From IMG/VR virus record IMGVR_UViG_3300027833_000060, positions 1-57,614 of that record: a DNA stretch of 57,614 bases; one strand, 5' to 3'. The position numbers and the translations under genes are program-made. The stretch comes from a virus. Taxonomy: Duplodnaviria > Caudoviricetes. The notes under the pieces are model-generated. The model saw nothing but the letters and a program-made list of their open reading frames with translations, was not told the origin of the DNA and searched no databases. Positions 8,547 to 18,373 of the stretch are shown piece by piece. The stretch's first letter is position 1, and each line of letters starts with the position of its first letter.

Positions 8547-9017
8547 ATGTTTGATATTATTAAAGGTGTAGTCGGCGCAGTCGCTCCGACACTAGGAACC
8601 GCCCTCGGTGGTCCACTCGGCGGTGCAGCAGCGTCCATGATTGCGGACGCACTAGGTTGTGAGAACAACCCCAAAGCAATTGAAAAAGCAGTTAAGTACG
8701 CAACTCCAGAAGACCTCGCCAAGATTAAGGCGTCCGAGCTGGAGTTTGAATCTAAGATGAAAGAACTCGATGTAGACCTGTTCGCTCTTGAGACAGAGGA
8801 TAAGCAGGACGCCCGTAAACATTTTGCGAAAGATTGGACGGCAAAGTTGATCGGCCTAATCATGGTCGTCTTCTTTTGCGGGTACATTGCGATGGTGACA
8901 ATCATGCCGCCTGAGCAAAACTCTATGGAACTTATCAACCTCGTCCTTGGCTACATGGGCGGATTAGTGAGCGCGGTAATTAGCTTTTACTTTGGCGCAT
9001 CTCAGAAACAGGAGTAA
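8547..9017 (+). CDS. Holin (3TM / GTA-holin-like)
   Basis: Gly-rich N-terminus, D..DAR motif, two C-terminal TMs ending FYFGAS; adjacent to endolysin. Confidence 0.7.
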   Translation: MFDIIKGVVGAVAPTLGTALGGPLGGAAASMIADALGCENNPKAIEKAVKYATPEDLAKIKASELEFESKMKELDVDLFALETEDKQDARKHFAKDWTAKLIGLIMVVFFCGYIAMVTIMPPEQNSMELINLVLGYMGGLVSAVISFYFGASQKQE

Positions 9018-9020
9018 CCC

Positions 9021-9842
9021 ATGAACGTAACTGAACAACAACTTGAGCACTTGCTCCACGGGAACAAAGACTGGGCCGAGTGGCTCCAGCCGGTGCAAGA
9101 CCTACTGCCCAAGTATGACATCAACACGTCTGATCGCGTGGCGATGTTCTTCGCTCAGTGCGGCCATGAAAGCCGTAACTTTGATGTGCTTGAAGAAAAT
9201 CTTAACTATAGCGCGAAAGGGTTAGATGCAGTATTCGCGAAATACTTCAAAAACGCGGGTAGGGATGCGGATGATTACCATCGTCAACCGGAGCGCATTG
9301 CTAATGTTGTCTATGCTGATCGCATGGGTAACGGAGGTACTGAGTCCGGGGACGGCTGGAAACACCGAGGCTTTGGGGTCATCCAACTCACCGGCAAAAA
9401 TAATCACTCCTCGTTCGCATCAAGCATTGGAAAAACCCTAGAGGACACGCTAGAGTACTTACAGACAAAGACGGGCGCACTTGAAAGTGCTTGTTGGTTC
9501 TGGGCGTGTAATAATGTTAACACGTATGCAGATCAACAGGACATCCGTGGAGCAACTAAGCGCATCAATGGTGGTTACATCGGCCTTGAAGACCGCAAAC
9601 ACCACTTCCAAAAGGCGCTAGAAGTCCTAGGGGGAACATATGAACCCAAGGCTGCGCCGGTCTTACTGAAGATAGGATCACGTGGCGAGGAGGTTAAGAA
9701 CGTCCAAAACGCGCTTGGCCAAGACGCAGACGGTATATTTGGGAAGATGACTCAACTCGCCGTGTTCAATTGGCAGAGCAAAAATAATCTTACGTCTGAT
9801 GGCATTGTTGGTCCAAAAACCTACGCTGCTATGACTGCGTAA
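9021..9842 (+). CDS. Endolysin: glycoside hydrolase family 19 plus C-terminal peptidoglycan-binding domain
   Basis: FFAQCGHES, ENLNYS, GDGWKHRGFGVIQLTGK, TKRINGG motifs; DGIFG/DGIVGPKT PG-binding motif. Confidence 0.9.
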   Translation: MNVTEQQLEHLLHGNKDWAEWLQPVQDLLPKYDINTSDRVAMFFAQCGHESRNFDVLEENLNYSAKGLDAVFAKYFKNAGRDADDYHRQPERIANVVYADRMGNGGTESGDGWKHRGFGVIQLTGKNNHSSFASSIGKTLEDTLEYLQTKTGALESACWFWACNNVNTYADQQDIRGATKRINGGYIGLEDRKHHFQKALEVLGGTYEPKAAPVLLKIGSRGEEVKNVQNALGQDADGIFGKMTQLAVFNWQSKNNLTSDGIVGPKTYAAMTA

Positions 9843-9861
9843 CAAGGTAAGGAGTTAGCAC

Positions 9862-11481
9862 ATGGCAGTTGTTGCAATAAAATCTTTCGGAGGCATAGCG
9901 CCTAAGATACCACCGCGTTATCTGAAAGATAATCAAGCGCAGACTGCGCTTAACTGTCCTGTGTTTGCTGGCAGCATACAGCCTATCCTCGACATGGGAA
10001 CTTCCCACCTTACATTAGAGAAGGCAGGAACGATAAAGACGATCTACCGGTACGGGCAAGATAATATTTCTGACACTCAGCATTGGTTTCATTGGCCTGC
10101 TGAGGTTGATGTTTGTCGTAGCCAGATCGCAGGGGATACATCCGAGTGGACATTCTTCACGGGCGATGGGACACCTAAAGCCACGCATTCAGGCATAGCC
10201 CTCGCTGGAACAAACTACCCAGCTGCGTCTCGACCTTTAGGTCTTCCCGCGCCAACCAGTGCAGCGTCCGCTGTCGTTGCAGGTGCTGTAGACGATACAG
10301 AGACGGTCGAAACACGTGTTTACACATACACAGTTGTAAACAAAGAGGCGGGTCGTACCATTGAGTCTGCTCCTGCGCCCGCTTCGACGTCTGTAGATGT
10401 TAGGACGACGCAAACTGTGACGATGGGTACTTTTGCTACATTGCCGGGGTCTGGGTACATTCTGACTCACCGCCGTATCTACCGCTCCACTTCTGGAGTG
10501 TTCTTACTTGTGGCTGAAATACCTATATCCCAGTCGTCGTACAGTGATGATGTTGATCCAGATGATTTGGCGGAAGAGATACCATCCCTATATTGGGCGG
10601 AACCTCCCGCTGCCCTACAAGGTCTTATTAACTTACCAAACGGTATGATGGCTGGCTTTGTGGGTAGGGACTTATACTTTTGTGAACCTTACCGGCCTCA
10701 CGCTTGGCCAGAAAACTACATTCAGACTGTGGATTATCCCATTGTTGGTTTGGGCCGCATGGATACTACACTCGCCGTACTTACAACCGGCAACCCGTAT
10801 TTTGTACAGGGTTCCCATCCGACCAATATGGCGGTGGTTAAGTCTGATCTCGAGCAGGCGTGCGTGTCTAAAGAAAGCATCGTTAGCTTTGGCGGCGGTG
10901 TAATCTACGCAGCACCTGACGGGTTGATGCTTCTATCCCCCGGCGGCTCTAAGATTATTACGGATCAGTACTTTAGTTTTAAGCAGTGGCAGGCGTACTT
11001 CAAACCCGAAACAATTCACTCGTACCAACAAGACAACCAGTACATAGCATTTTTCGACAATGGCACGACGCAGGGCGGCTTTATCTTCGACATAACCAGT
11101 CGTCAGTTTATTCTCCACGATATGTATGCGACCGCAGGTTTCCAAGATTTACAGCGCGATAAACTGTTTCTCACATTCGCGGATAAGACTGTCAAAGTTT
11201 GGCAGGAGGGTGCGGCTAAGTCCTACATCTGGCGCTCTAAGAAATTTACTATGCCCCATGATATGAGCTTTGCATGTGCGCAGTTAGAAGCTGAAGCCTA
11301 CCCAATGACGATGAAGTTTTACGGCGATGGCACGTTAGTACACACACAAACTGTGCAGTCCAGAGACCCATTTAGGCTGCCTGCAAAACGCGCACGTGAT
11401 TGGGAAGTTCAGGTGGAGGGTTCCATCGAGGTCTTCTCTATAGCCATGGCCCATTCAATGTCGGAGCTTGCGAATGCCTAG
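9862..11481 (+). CDS. Tail (nozzle / stabilisation) protein
   Basis: SD AGGAG; size and beta-rich composition; FGGIAPKIPPRYL N-terminus; podovirus tail module context. Confidence 0.7.
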   Translation: MAVVAIKSFGGIAPKIPPRYLKDNQAQTALNCPVFAGSIQPILDMGTSHLTLEKAGTIKTIYRYGQDNISDTQHWFHWPAEVDVCRSQIAGDTSEWTFFTGDGTPKATHSGIALAGTNYPAASRPLGLPAPTSAASAVVAGAVDDTETVETRVYTYTVVNKEAGRTIESAPAPASTSVDVRTTQTVTMGTFATLPGSGYILTHRRIYRSTSGVFLLVAEIPISQSSYSDDVDPDDLAEEIPSLYWAEPPAALQGLINLPNGMMAGFVGRDLYFCEPYRPHAWPENYIQTVDYPIVGLGRMDTTLAVLTTGNPYFVQGSHPTNMAVVKSDLEQACVSKESIVSFGGGVIYAAPDGLMLLSPGGSKIITDQYFSFKQWQAYFKPETIHSYQQDNQYIAFFDNGTTQGGFIFDITSRQFILHDMYATAGFQDLQRDKLFLTFADKTVKVWQEGAAKSYIWRSKKFTMPHDMSFACAQLEAEAYPMTMKFYGDGTLVHTQTVQSRDPFRLPAKRARDWEVQVEGSIEVFSIAMAHSMSELANA

Positions 11482-14400
11482 TTTACCCACAGTAACCAGT
11501 GACATCCCTCGTGACCTTCGGCAGTACCTAGACCGTGTCAGAGAGAATATTGATGGGACTGGGTTAGACGAGCTTATCACAGCACGTAAACTGATAGCCG
11601 CAGGGTTAGCTCAGTACGCAGGCGGTAGTTTAAGCTCCACCTCTGGCGGTACACTCTATGGTACACCTCCGGCTCCTTTAAACTTGGATGCTGACGGGGC
11701 GCTTCTTAACATTATCGTGACATGGGACAAGCCTGTTTACAACGGCCATGCGTACACAGAGATATGGGCTGCTTCACAGTCAGCGGAGCAAGCTGCTGCT
11801 AGTCCAGAGCAGTATCCCGATCTTGGAGAATCTATCCTTGTTGGTATGGCACCGGGGTCTGTCTGGGCGCATAACATAGGTGGTGGGGCATCCCGTTGGT
11901 ATTGGGCGCGTTTTGTAAATATTGAGGGTCTAGCTGGCCCATTTAACCTAGTAGACGGCACCCGTGGCGATACAGCGACTGATCCAGCGCATCTGATTAG
12001 CTTGTTGTCAGGACAGATTGCAGAAGGTCAATTAGCGACTGCACTTAGCAGTAGGATTGATTTAATTGACGGCGGTGAAACTCTTGCGGGTTCTGTTGCT
12101 GCACGGATGGCTACCATCCAAGGGCAGGTGAACTCGCTCCTAAACCTGCCGTCGTGGGACGCAACAACGACCTATGCTATCGGTGATCAAGTTGTGTATA
12201 ACGGGTTTTTATATGCTGCACTGGCGGCAACCACCAATGTTATACCCAGCAGTGACGCCACTAAGTGGCAAGAGATAGGTCAGTATTCCACGATTGGTGC
12301 GGCGGTTGCTGCGCACACGAACCAGCTGACGCTCTTAACAAATGAAGACGTTGCACTGGCTCAAAGTACTACCTCCCTAGCGGCGCAAATGCGCGGTACT
12401 TATGATGGCACTGATCTTTCACTGGTGTCTCAGGGTCTAATCTTTGACGAACGTACCGCCCGAGCGAGTGAGACTAGCGCCCTAGCCCAAACTGTTAACA
12501 CGGTATCTGCGTTTGTTAACACCAAAACACGTACGTTTTACCAAGCCGATCAGCCTACAGGCACGACCGAGCAACCGCTAAATGTTGGTGACATGTGGAT
12601 CGACACCGATATTACGTACGCGGACGACTACATTGCAGGCGACTACGTCGTCCAGTCTAACCGTATGTATCGTTACGACGGCACCAACTGGGTCGAGGCC
12701 ATGGACTTTGGGTTTGCGGATTGGTTCGCCGCTATCAGAACTGAAAAGACCGCGCGAGTAACTGACGACGCCGCCCTTGCGCAGCAGATCACCACTTTGG
12801 TGTCTAACACCGACGCTAGTTTGGCCACTATCAACGAGACTTTAACGACAACCACGAGCAATTTAAGCTCTGAGGCGAATAAGATAACGAACCTCACCGC
12901 CACGGTGGGGAGTAATAACACGACTTTAAACGCGGCGTTAGCAGCAGAACAGCTTGCCCGTGCGAACGAAGACGAAGCTATTGCAGCCGATCTGGTTACT
13001 GCGCAGGCCACTTTAGGGGAAGATATAACTGCTGCTGTACAAGTTGAAACCCAAGCGCGGGTCACGAAGGACGGCCAAATAGAGGCCAAGAACACAATCA
13101 AAGTCGACGTAGCAGGCCATGTTTCTGGTTACGGGATTATTGCGACGAACAACACAGGCGTCCCAACGTCTGAGTTTGGTATAAGAGCAGATGCGTTTTG
13201 GGTTGCTCCTCCGGCTGTGAATTCCGCTAACGCGCCTACAGCCAACTTGTTCCCCGGCTACGTTTGGGTAGACACGAGTGGCAGCGAGAATGTTACTAAA
13301 TATTATACGGGGAGTACTTTCAGTACTACGCCCCAAAACCTACCGTTCATCGTAAGGTCTTCTCCGATTGTTATAAACGGCGAGACTGTGAATCCGGGTG
13401 TCTACATAGAGTCCGCGTGGATCGCCAACGGTACAATCACGAACGCCAAGATTGGTAACGCGGCTATTGATGACGCGAAGATTGCCAACCTAGACGCTGT
13501 TAAGATTACCGCAGGGTTCCTAGACGCGGATCGTATCGAAGCCGGTAGTATCACAGCTACTATGATCGACTCTCGCGGCCTGTCTATTAAAGACGCCGAG
13601 GGCAACGTAATCTTATCCTCTGGTACACCCCTAAACATATCAAACATTCAAGGACTTGGTACGTTAGCTGCGTTTAGTGAAATTACCCTAGATGATATTG
13701 CCTCTATTGGTGCCTTGGCGTCGCTAGACGAAGTTAGAGAAGAGGACTTAGTCACTGGGTTGGCGGGTAAGATTGATGGAAAACTAGAGTCTTTCTTTCA
13801 AGCCAGTACCAGTGACCCCTCCACTGGTTGGACGGGCGATGTCCGAACGCTCCACCTAGGCGATATTTGGTGGCAGACCGACACCAACACGATGCACCGG
13901 TACAAGTACGATAACTCTCTTTATTCATGGGAACAGATAACTGATGAGAAAGCCACGAGTGCTTTCGCTAATGCCGCTACTGCGCAGGATACAGCTGACG
14001 GTAAACGCCGTGTATTTATAGACCAACCCGTGCCACCCTACGACCGTGGCGACTTATGGGACCGTGGACCAACGGTGGGTATTTACCGATGCGATACGGC
14101 TAAACTAGCAGATGGAGCTTTTGCGGGTGCCGACTGGACTGTCGTCGCTGACTTAACCGGTAACAACACTGCGGGGTCGATCACGGACCAAGGGGCTTTA
14201 GCCACGTTAAGTGCTGTGGCGTACGCCAACCTAGAAAGCGGACTAGCGGGGCAACTGGATGGAAAAGTTGAAACATTCTTTGACCTCGTTGAGAACGACC
14301 CATCCACTGATTGGGCAGATACCGCTACGAAGAACCTGCATCTCGGTGATCTCTGGTGGCAGACAGACGCCAACGCCCTAAGACGTTACCGGTATAATGG

Positions 14401-15481
14401 GACGGCCTATGAGTGGCAGCAGATAACTGACCAGAAGGCGATAGATGCGTTCGATAATGCAGCCGACGCCCAAGACACAGCTGACGGCAAACGCCGTGTG
14501 TTCATTACTACGCCCACAGGGCCATATGACATAGGGGATTTGTGGGACAGAGGTTCTACGCTGGGGTTATGGAGAGCCAATGCTGCAATCGCTGCGGACG
14601 GCACGTGGGCTAGTTCTCACTGGCAAGTAGCCGCTGACACCACTGGCGACAATACCTCGGCAGGGTTCGAGGGGCAGGGCGCACTGGCGACCCTAAACGA
14701 GATTGCCTACGGCTCACTGGCAACTACCCTCGCGGAACTTATTGACGGTAAGGTTGAACAGCACTACGGAACCACTGACCCGCAAGGCGCTTGGACAACA
14801 GACGCCCTAAAAACTGAACACTTAGGCGACCTGTGGTATCACACAACGGATAAGGCTTTGTACGTTTACCAGCAGGGGGACGACCCTGTTACCGTGGGGG
14901 CTGTCGAGTTCGCTTACTGGATAAAAGTAGAAGACCAAGCCGCTATTGACGCCGCTGATGCAGCTTCGGATGCACAAGATACTGCCGATGGTAAGCGACG
15001 TGTGTTTACTACCACACCCGTAGCTCCTTATGATGTAGGCGATCTTTGGGATCGTGGCAGTGCCGCAGGCGGAGGTATCTGGCGGGCTGCAACAGCTAAA
15101 AATGACACTCAGGCTTACGCTTTTGCCGACTGGCAGGTTGTGGCGGACGCTACATTTACAGGCACCGCAGCGGGTATCGCTAACCAAGGTGACTTTGCCA
15201 CGTTGGATGAAATTACAGCTAGTAACATATCTACCTATATCGCCGATGGTGCGATTGGTAACGCTTACATCGGTAATGTCATTCAGTCCGGGAATTATGT
15301 CGCTGACACCTCTGGGTGGAAGATAGACAAGACCGGCGGCATGGAAATGAACAATGCCACGTTTAGAGGCGTGATTGACGTAGGTGGCACCACTGGTAGT
15401 CGACTGGTTATTAAGTCAGACCGCATAGAAGTCTATGACGGTAACACCTTACGTGTTCGCCTTGGGAACCTTAGCCCATGA
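11474..15481 (+). CDS. Large tail tip / fibre protein with internal ~165-aa repeats; start probably ATG 11474
   Basis: FN3-like region, WDATTTYAIGDQVVYNG carbohydrate-binding-like motif, coiled coil, ITNAKIGNAAIDDAKI repeats, C-terminal LRVRLG. Confidence 0.8.
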   Translation: MPSLPTVTSDIPRDLRQYLDRVRENIDGTGLDELITARKLIAAGLAQYAGGSLSSTSGGTLYGTPPAPLNLDADGALLNIIVTWDKPVYNGHAYTEIWAASQSAEQAAASPEQYPDLGESILVGMAPGSVWAHNIGGGASRWYWARFVNIEGLAGPFNLVDGTRGDTATDPAHLISLLSGQIAEGQLATALSSRIDLIDGGETLAGSVAARMATIQGQVNSLLNLPSWDATTTYAIGDQVVYNGFLYAALAATTNVIPSSDATKWQEIGQYSTIGAAVAAHTNQLTLLTNEDVALAQSTTSLAAQMRGTYDGTDLSLVSQGLIFDERTARASETSALAQTVNTVSAFVNTKTRTFYQADQPTGTTEQPLNVGDMWIDTDITYADDYIAGDYVVQSNRMYRYDGTNWVEAMDFGFADWFAAIRTEKTARVTDDAALAQQITTLVSNTDASLATINETLTTTTSNLSSEANKITNLTATVGSNNTTLNAALAAEQLARANEDEAIAADLVTAQATLGEDITAAVQVETQARVTKDGQIEAKNTIKVDVAGHVSGYGIIATNNTGVPTSEFGIRADAFWVAPPAVNSANAPTANLFPGYVWVDTSGSENVTKYYTGSTFSTTPQNLPFIVRSSPIVINGETVNPGVYIESAWIANGTITNAKIGNAAIDDAKIANLDAVKITAGFLDADRIEAGSITATMIDSRGLSIKDAEGNVILSSGTPLNISNIQGLGTLAAFSEITLDDIASIGALASLDEVREEDLVTGLAGKIDGKLESFFQASTSDPSTGWTGDVRTLHLGDIWWQTDTNTMHRYKYDNSLYSWEQITDEKATSAFANAATAQDTADGKRRVFIDQPVPPYDRGDLWDRGPTVGIYRCDTAKLADGAFAGADWTVVADLTGNNTAGSITDQGALATLSAVAYANLESGLAGQLDGKVETFFDLVENDPSTDWADTATKNLHLGDLWWQTDANALRRYRYNGTAYEWQQITDQKAIDAFDNAADAQDTADGKRRVFITTPTGPYDIGDLWDRGSTLGLWRANAAIAADGTWASSHWQVAADTTGDNTSAGFEGQGALATLNEIAYGSLATTLAELIDGKVEQHYGTTDPQGAWTTDALKTEHLGDLWYHTTDKALYVYQQGDDPVTVGAVEFAYWIKVEDQAAIDAADAASDAQDTADGKRRVFTTTPVAPYDVGDLWDRGSAAGGGIWRAATAKNDTQAYAFADWQVVADATFTGTAAGIANQGDFATLDEITASNISTYIADGAIGNAYIGNVIQSGNYVADTSGWKIDKTGGMEMNNATFRGVIDVGGTTGSRLVIKSDRIEVYDGNTLRVRLGNLSP
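13709..15210 (+). repeat. Three diverged intragenic repeats (~485-510 bp) each encoding HLGDxW...AQDTADGKRRVF...PYDxGDLWDRG
   Basis: Units start at about 13709, 14192 and 14678, with a partial fourth at about 15188. Confidence 0.85.
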
Positions 15482-15750
15482 GTTATGGTCTCGAACTTGA
15501 CGGCTTTTCGTTTAACTACGGCGTGTACAGCGTTATTGCGAGCGGCACTGTCATCGTGGGGTATCAGACTTTTATCGCTAAGCTGTCTCACCCAGACATT
15601 ACCGACTGGAAGATCGTGTTTATCCCCAGTGGGGTTCGTAGTCCGGGGGATGAGGAAGTCCGCCCTTCGTTTAGTTCAAACAGCTACGCGCTGTTCACCA
15701 CTACGCCTAGTAATATGTCCCCTCATAAATACATCGTACTGGGGAGATAG
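15478..15750 (+). CDS. Small tail-associated protein
   Basis: ATGA overlap; MSYGL start typical of proteins following tail tip genes. Confidence 0.65.
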   Translation: MSYGLELDGFSFNYGVYSVIASGTVIVGYQTFIAKLSHPDITDWKIVFIPSGVRSPGDEEVRPSFSSNSYALFTTTPSNMSPHKYIVLGR

Positions 15751-17511
15751 ATGAGCTACGGAATTAAAACATTCTCCGACGACGGATATGTCAACCTTCA
15801 CAGCGATTACTCGTCACTGGTTTACGTAGGTGAATTTGCCAAGAGCACAAACCCAGTAAGGCCAGTCTACGAGGGTGATTACGCCATAGCTATCTTGGAC
15901 TACCAAAAGGTTAATAACTACGACCAAGGCTGGCTAGTCCAGTACACGTTTGATTTTGACACTGCGAACCTTATCCCGTTCTACCGTCCAAACTACGACG
16001 GGCAAGAACTTGGAATTATCGACGTTGTAAATGAAGGCACCACGTGGGTTGTAAATGTGCTGTTTAAAGGGGACGCAGGTAACTTCCCCCGCATCTTTGC
16101 TTTCGCCCCACTTACAGACATCCCCAGTGTTACGCTGAGCGACAACGGCCTTGCGGTTTATGATGCGGACGAAAACTTAGTTTTCACTGATAGTCAGCCG
16201 CCTTTACGAGTTGATGACGTTTTAAGCGTCCAACACCCTACCAGTATAAGGGCCGCCGCCCGTGGAACATGCGGGCGAGATGGCACGTCCTGCCACCTGA
16301 ACTACACCTCAGACCAGTCGAATACGTACACAGGCACGGCGACAAACACAAACACCAAGTTGTACCACGCGGTGCCGTCTGCCTATGGAGGACTAGCGTT
16401 TGACGACGACGGAACTTATGAGCGTAGCTGCGGTTTTTTAGGTTGGGGCGATAGAAAATACGCATGGGCCTATCGGTCGTGGTCGTCGTTCCGTGGAACA
16501 ATGACGCACCCGTACAATACCACAACCCATAATACCGGTTGGTTAGGTGACTTCTCGGGGGCTATGTACCAGCAAAAGTCAGGTAGTTGTGGGTACGGTG
16601 GGTTCCTTGGCGCGTTGATTGGTATTGTAGCAGTTGTTTTCACAGGCGGTATCGGCCTTGCGCTTATCGGCGGTGCTCTTACCGGTTTTGTGGTTGGTTC
16701 GCTTACATCACCGACGTCGCCGTCTCTGAAAGCATACGAGAGCGACGCAATGTTTGACCAGAATAGTTCTTACGAGCTTATCGTTACAGACGCAACTTAC
16801 TACAACATAGACGGCGCAAGCGGAATTGATGACTCCATTGACTACGATAACCTGATTTTTAATTATAGTACCCTCACGAATACGTACTGGGAGCATAGCT
16901 CCGTAGAGGGACCAGACGGATCGAATATCCTTGATACGATAAATATCTACTGGAACGGGGCGCTGGTCACTCTATATAATACCGTGAACCAGTTTGCTAC
17001 AAATTATACAGATGCAAACGGCGACACTTACATCCGTGGCGAGCTGCGAGACTCTTCCACTACCACCTACTACAATAGCTTAATTGGTAACTTCGTTACG
17101 TTTAGCGACAAGCACTCGGTAGCACGCGTCGCTATCGGGGATGAACCCAGCGGTGATGCGAGCGATGACAACGACGACGATGTCGATGATGGGTCGTTCG
17201 TTCCCGATGATGTACCTGAAATTTACGCAGGTGTTGACCAGTGGAAAGGTGGCACTTTCTCTGGTTCGACGTGGTGGGCCACTTACTACTCGGGGGCGAC
17301 TTTGACCGAGGCCAACGCTCGTATGTTTATCTGGTATGCTGGCTCACTTGCGTACTTTGATGCTACTGGCGCGTACACGAGTTTAAACACCACTTCAGTC
17401 ACAGGCAACGACGGCAGAACTTATTTCAAAGGGGCACCCCACCCGGAAGACGGAAACCCATACGATAATGGCAGTTATAAGTATCTGTTTTACGGCGTGG
17501 GTAGAGAATAG
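15751..17511 (+). CDS. Tail-associated protein with internal glycine-rich hydrophobic segment
   Basis: MSYGI start, GLAVYDADENLVF motif, GGFLGALIGIVAVVFTGGIGLALIGGALTGFVVG segment. Confidence 0.7.
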   Translation: MSYGIKTFSDDGYVNLHSDYSSLVYVGEFAKSTNPVRPVYEGDYAIAILDYQKVNNYDQGWLVQYTFDFDTANLIPFYRPNYDGQELGIIDVVNEGTTWVVNVLFKGDAGNFPRIFAFAPLTDIPSVTLSDNGLAVYDADENLVFTDSQPPLRVDDVLSVQHPTSIRAAARGTCGRDGTSCHLNYTSDQSNTYTGTATNTNTKLYHAVPSAYGGLAFDDDGTYERSCGFLGWGDRKYAWAYRSWSSFRGTMTHPYNTTTHNTGWLGDFSGAMYQQKSGSCGYGGFLGALIGIVAVVFTGGIGLALIGGALTGFVVGSLTSPTSPSLKAYESDAMFDQNSSYELIVTDATYYNIDGASGIDDSIDYDNLIFNYSTLTNTYWEHSSVEGPDGSNILDTINIYWNGALVTLYNTVNQFATNYTDANGDTYIRGELRDSSTTTYYNSLIGNFVTFSDKHSVARVAIGDEPSGDASDDNDDDVDDGSFVPDDVPEIYAGVDQWKGGTFSGSTWWATYYSGATLTEANARMFIWYAGSLAYFDATGAYTSLNTTSVTGNDGRTYFKGAPHPEDGNPYDNGSYKYLFYGVGRE

Positions 17512-17523
17512 AGGAGAGAAACT

Positions 17524-17871
17524 ATGGCATTTAATACACAATTTGTAGTCGACCAAGTTAAGGTCTACCCAGAGATACACAAGTTTACGAACGGCATTTC
17601 GCTTATTCGTGCACACTGGATAATTACTAACACAGACCACCCTGATGGGGCGGCGCATCATGTGTTTGAGAAGTCCTTTAGCCATGATAGCTTTACGCTA
17701 GAGACTTTTGTCCCCGTGGAGGATGTAACGGATGCTATGATGGAAGAGTGGGTGACGAGTGAGATTGCCGCTGATACGATCCAAAAGATCAAGATGGCTG
17801 CGCTTGAACGGATACGGTTCACCCACGAAGAGGCGCAGATGACGACTTACTTCGAGAATTCAGGGGGTTGA
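17524..17871 (+). CDS. Tail-fibre-associated hypothetical protein
   Basis: SD GAGGAG; FVPVEDVTDAMMEEWV motif parallels 3611..3964. Confidence 0.6.
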   Translation: MAFNTQFVVDQVKVYPEIHKFTNGISLIRAHWIITNTDHPDGAAHHVFEKSFSHDSFTLETFVPVEDVTDAMMEEWVTSEIAADTIQKIKMAALERIRFTHEEAQMTTYFENSGG

Positions 17872-17920
17872 CAATAATGAGTTTTACAAAACCACAGACT
17901 ATGCTAGTAAGTATTTATGT

Positions 17921-17934
17921 GTTAACGTGTAAAC
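17921..17934. promoter_or_regulatory. Palindromic operator copy GTTAAC-GT-GTAAAC
   Basis: Directly abuts the SD of 17945; matches the genome-wide motif. Confidence 0.65.
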
Positions 17935-17944
17935 AGGAGTACTC

Positions 17945-18373
17945 ATGCCAACGTCGCGTTTAATATTCGATGAAAGCGAACGTGTAGGGGCTTGGGTAGC
18001 CGAACAAGTAGAGCAACTCTCTTCGTGGGGTGGGTTCTACGCCATGGGCGCTGAGAAGGACGGTAAACTGGTGAGTGGAGTTGTGTTTAACAACTTTAAC
18101 GGCAGTAACGCCACCGCACACTTCGCAGTCAGCAAACCCAGCAAACTGTTTTTGGAGCTGCTCGACCATGCTTTTTTGTATGCGTTCGAGACACTAGGTC
18201 TGAGACGGCTTACTGGTTTAGTCGAATCTGATAACTCCAAAGCACTTAAATTAGATAAGCATATCGGCTTCGTGGAAGAGGCTGTTATGAAAAAAGGTGG
18301 GTCAGATGGGCAGGACATGATTGTCCTAGTTCTTTGGCCGGAGAACTACCGCAAAGGAAAAAACCATGGGTAA
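17945..18373 (+). CDS. GNAT-family acetyltransferase-like protein
   Basis: YAFETLGLRRLTGLV..DNSKALKL..HIGFVEEA RimJ/RimL-like motif. Confidence 0.75.
   Translation: MPTSRLIFDESERVGAWVAEQVEQLSSWGGFYAMGAEKDGKLVSGVVFNNFNGSNATAHFAVSKPSKLFLELLDHAFLYAFETLGLRRLTGLVESDNSKALKLDKHIGFVEEAVMKKGGSDGQDMIVLVLWPENYRKGKNHG

Noticed and set aside
8547-9017. Gene transfer agent cluster
   Set aside because: Only the holin is GTA-like; the genome has its own replication genes, integrase and podovirus-type morphogenesis genes
524-17511. Diversity-generating retroelement acting on fibre genes
   Set aside because: No reverse transcriptase ORF, and no near-identical TR/VR pair differing at adenines was seen
17868-17905. 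Sigma70 promoter from TTGACA at 17868
   Set aside because: No acceptable -10 at 16-18 bp; TATGCT lies 26 bp away
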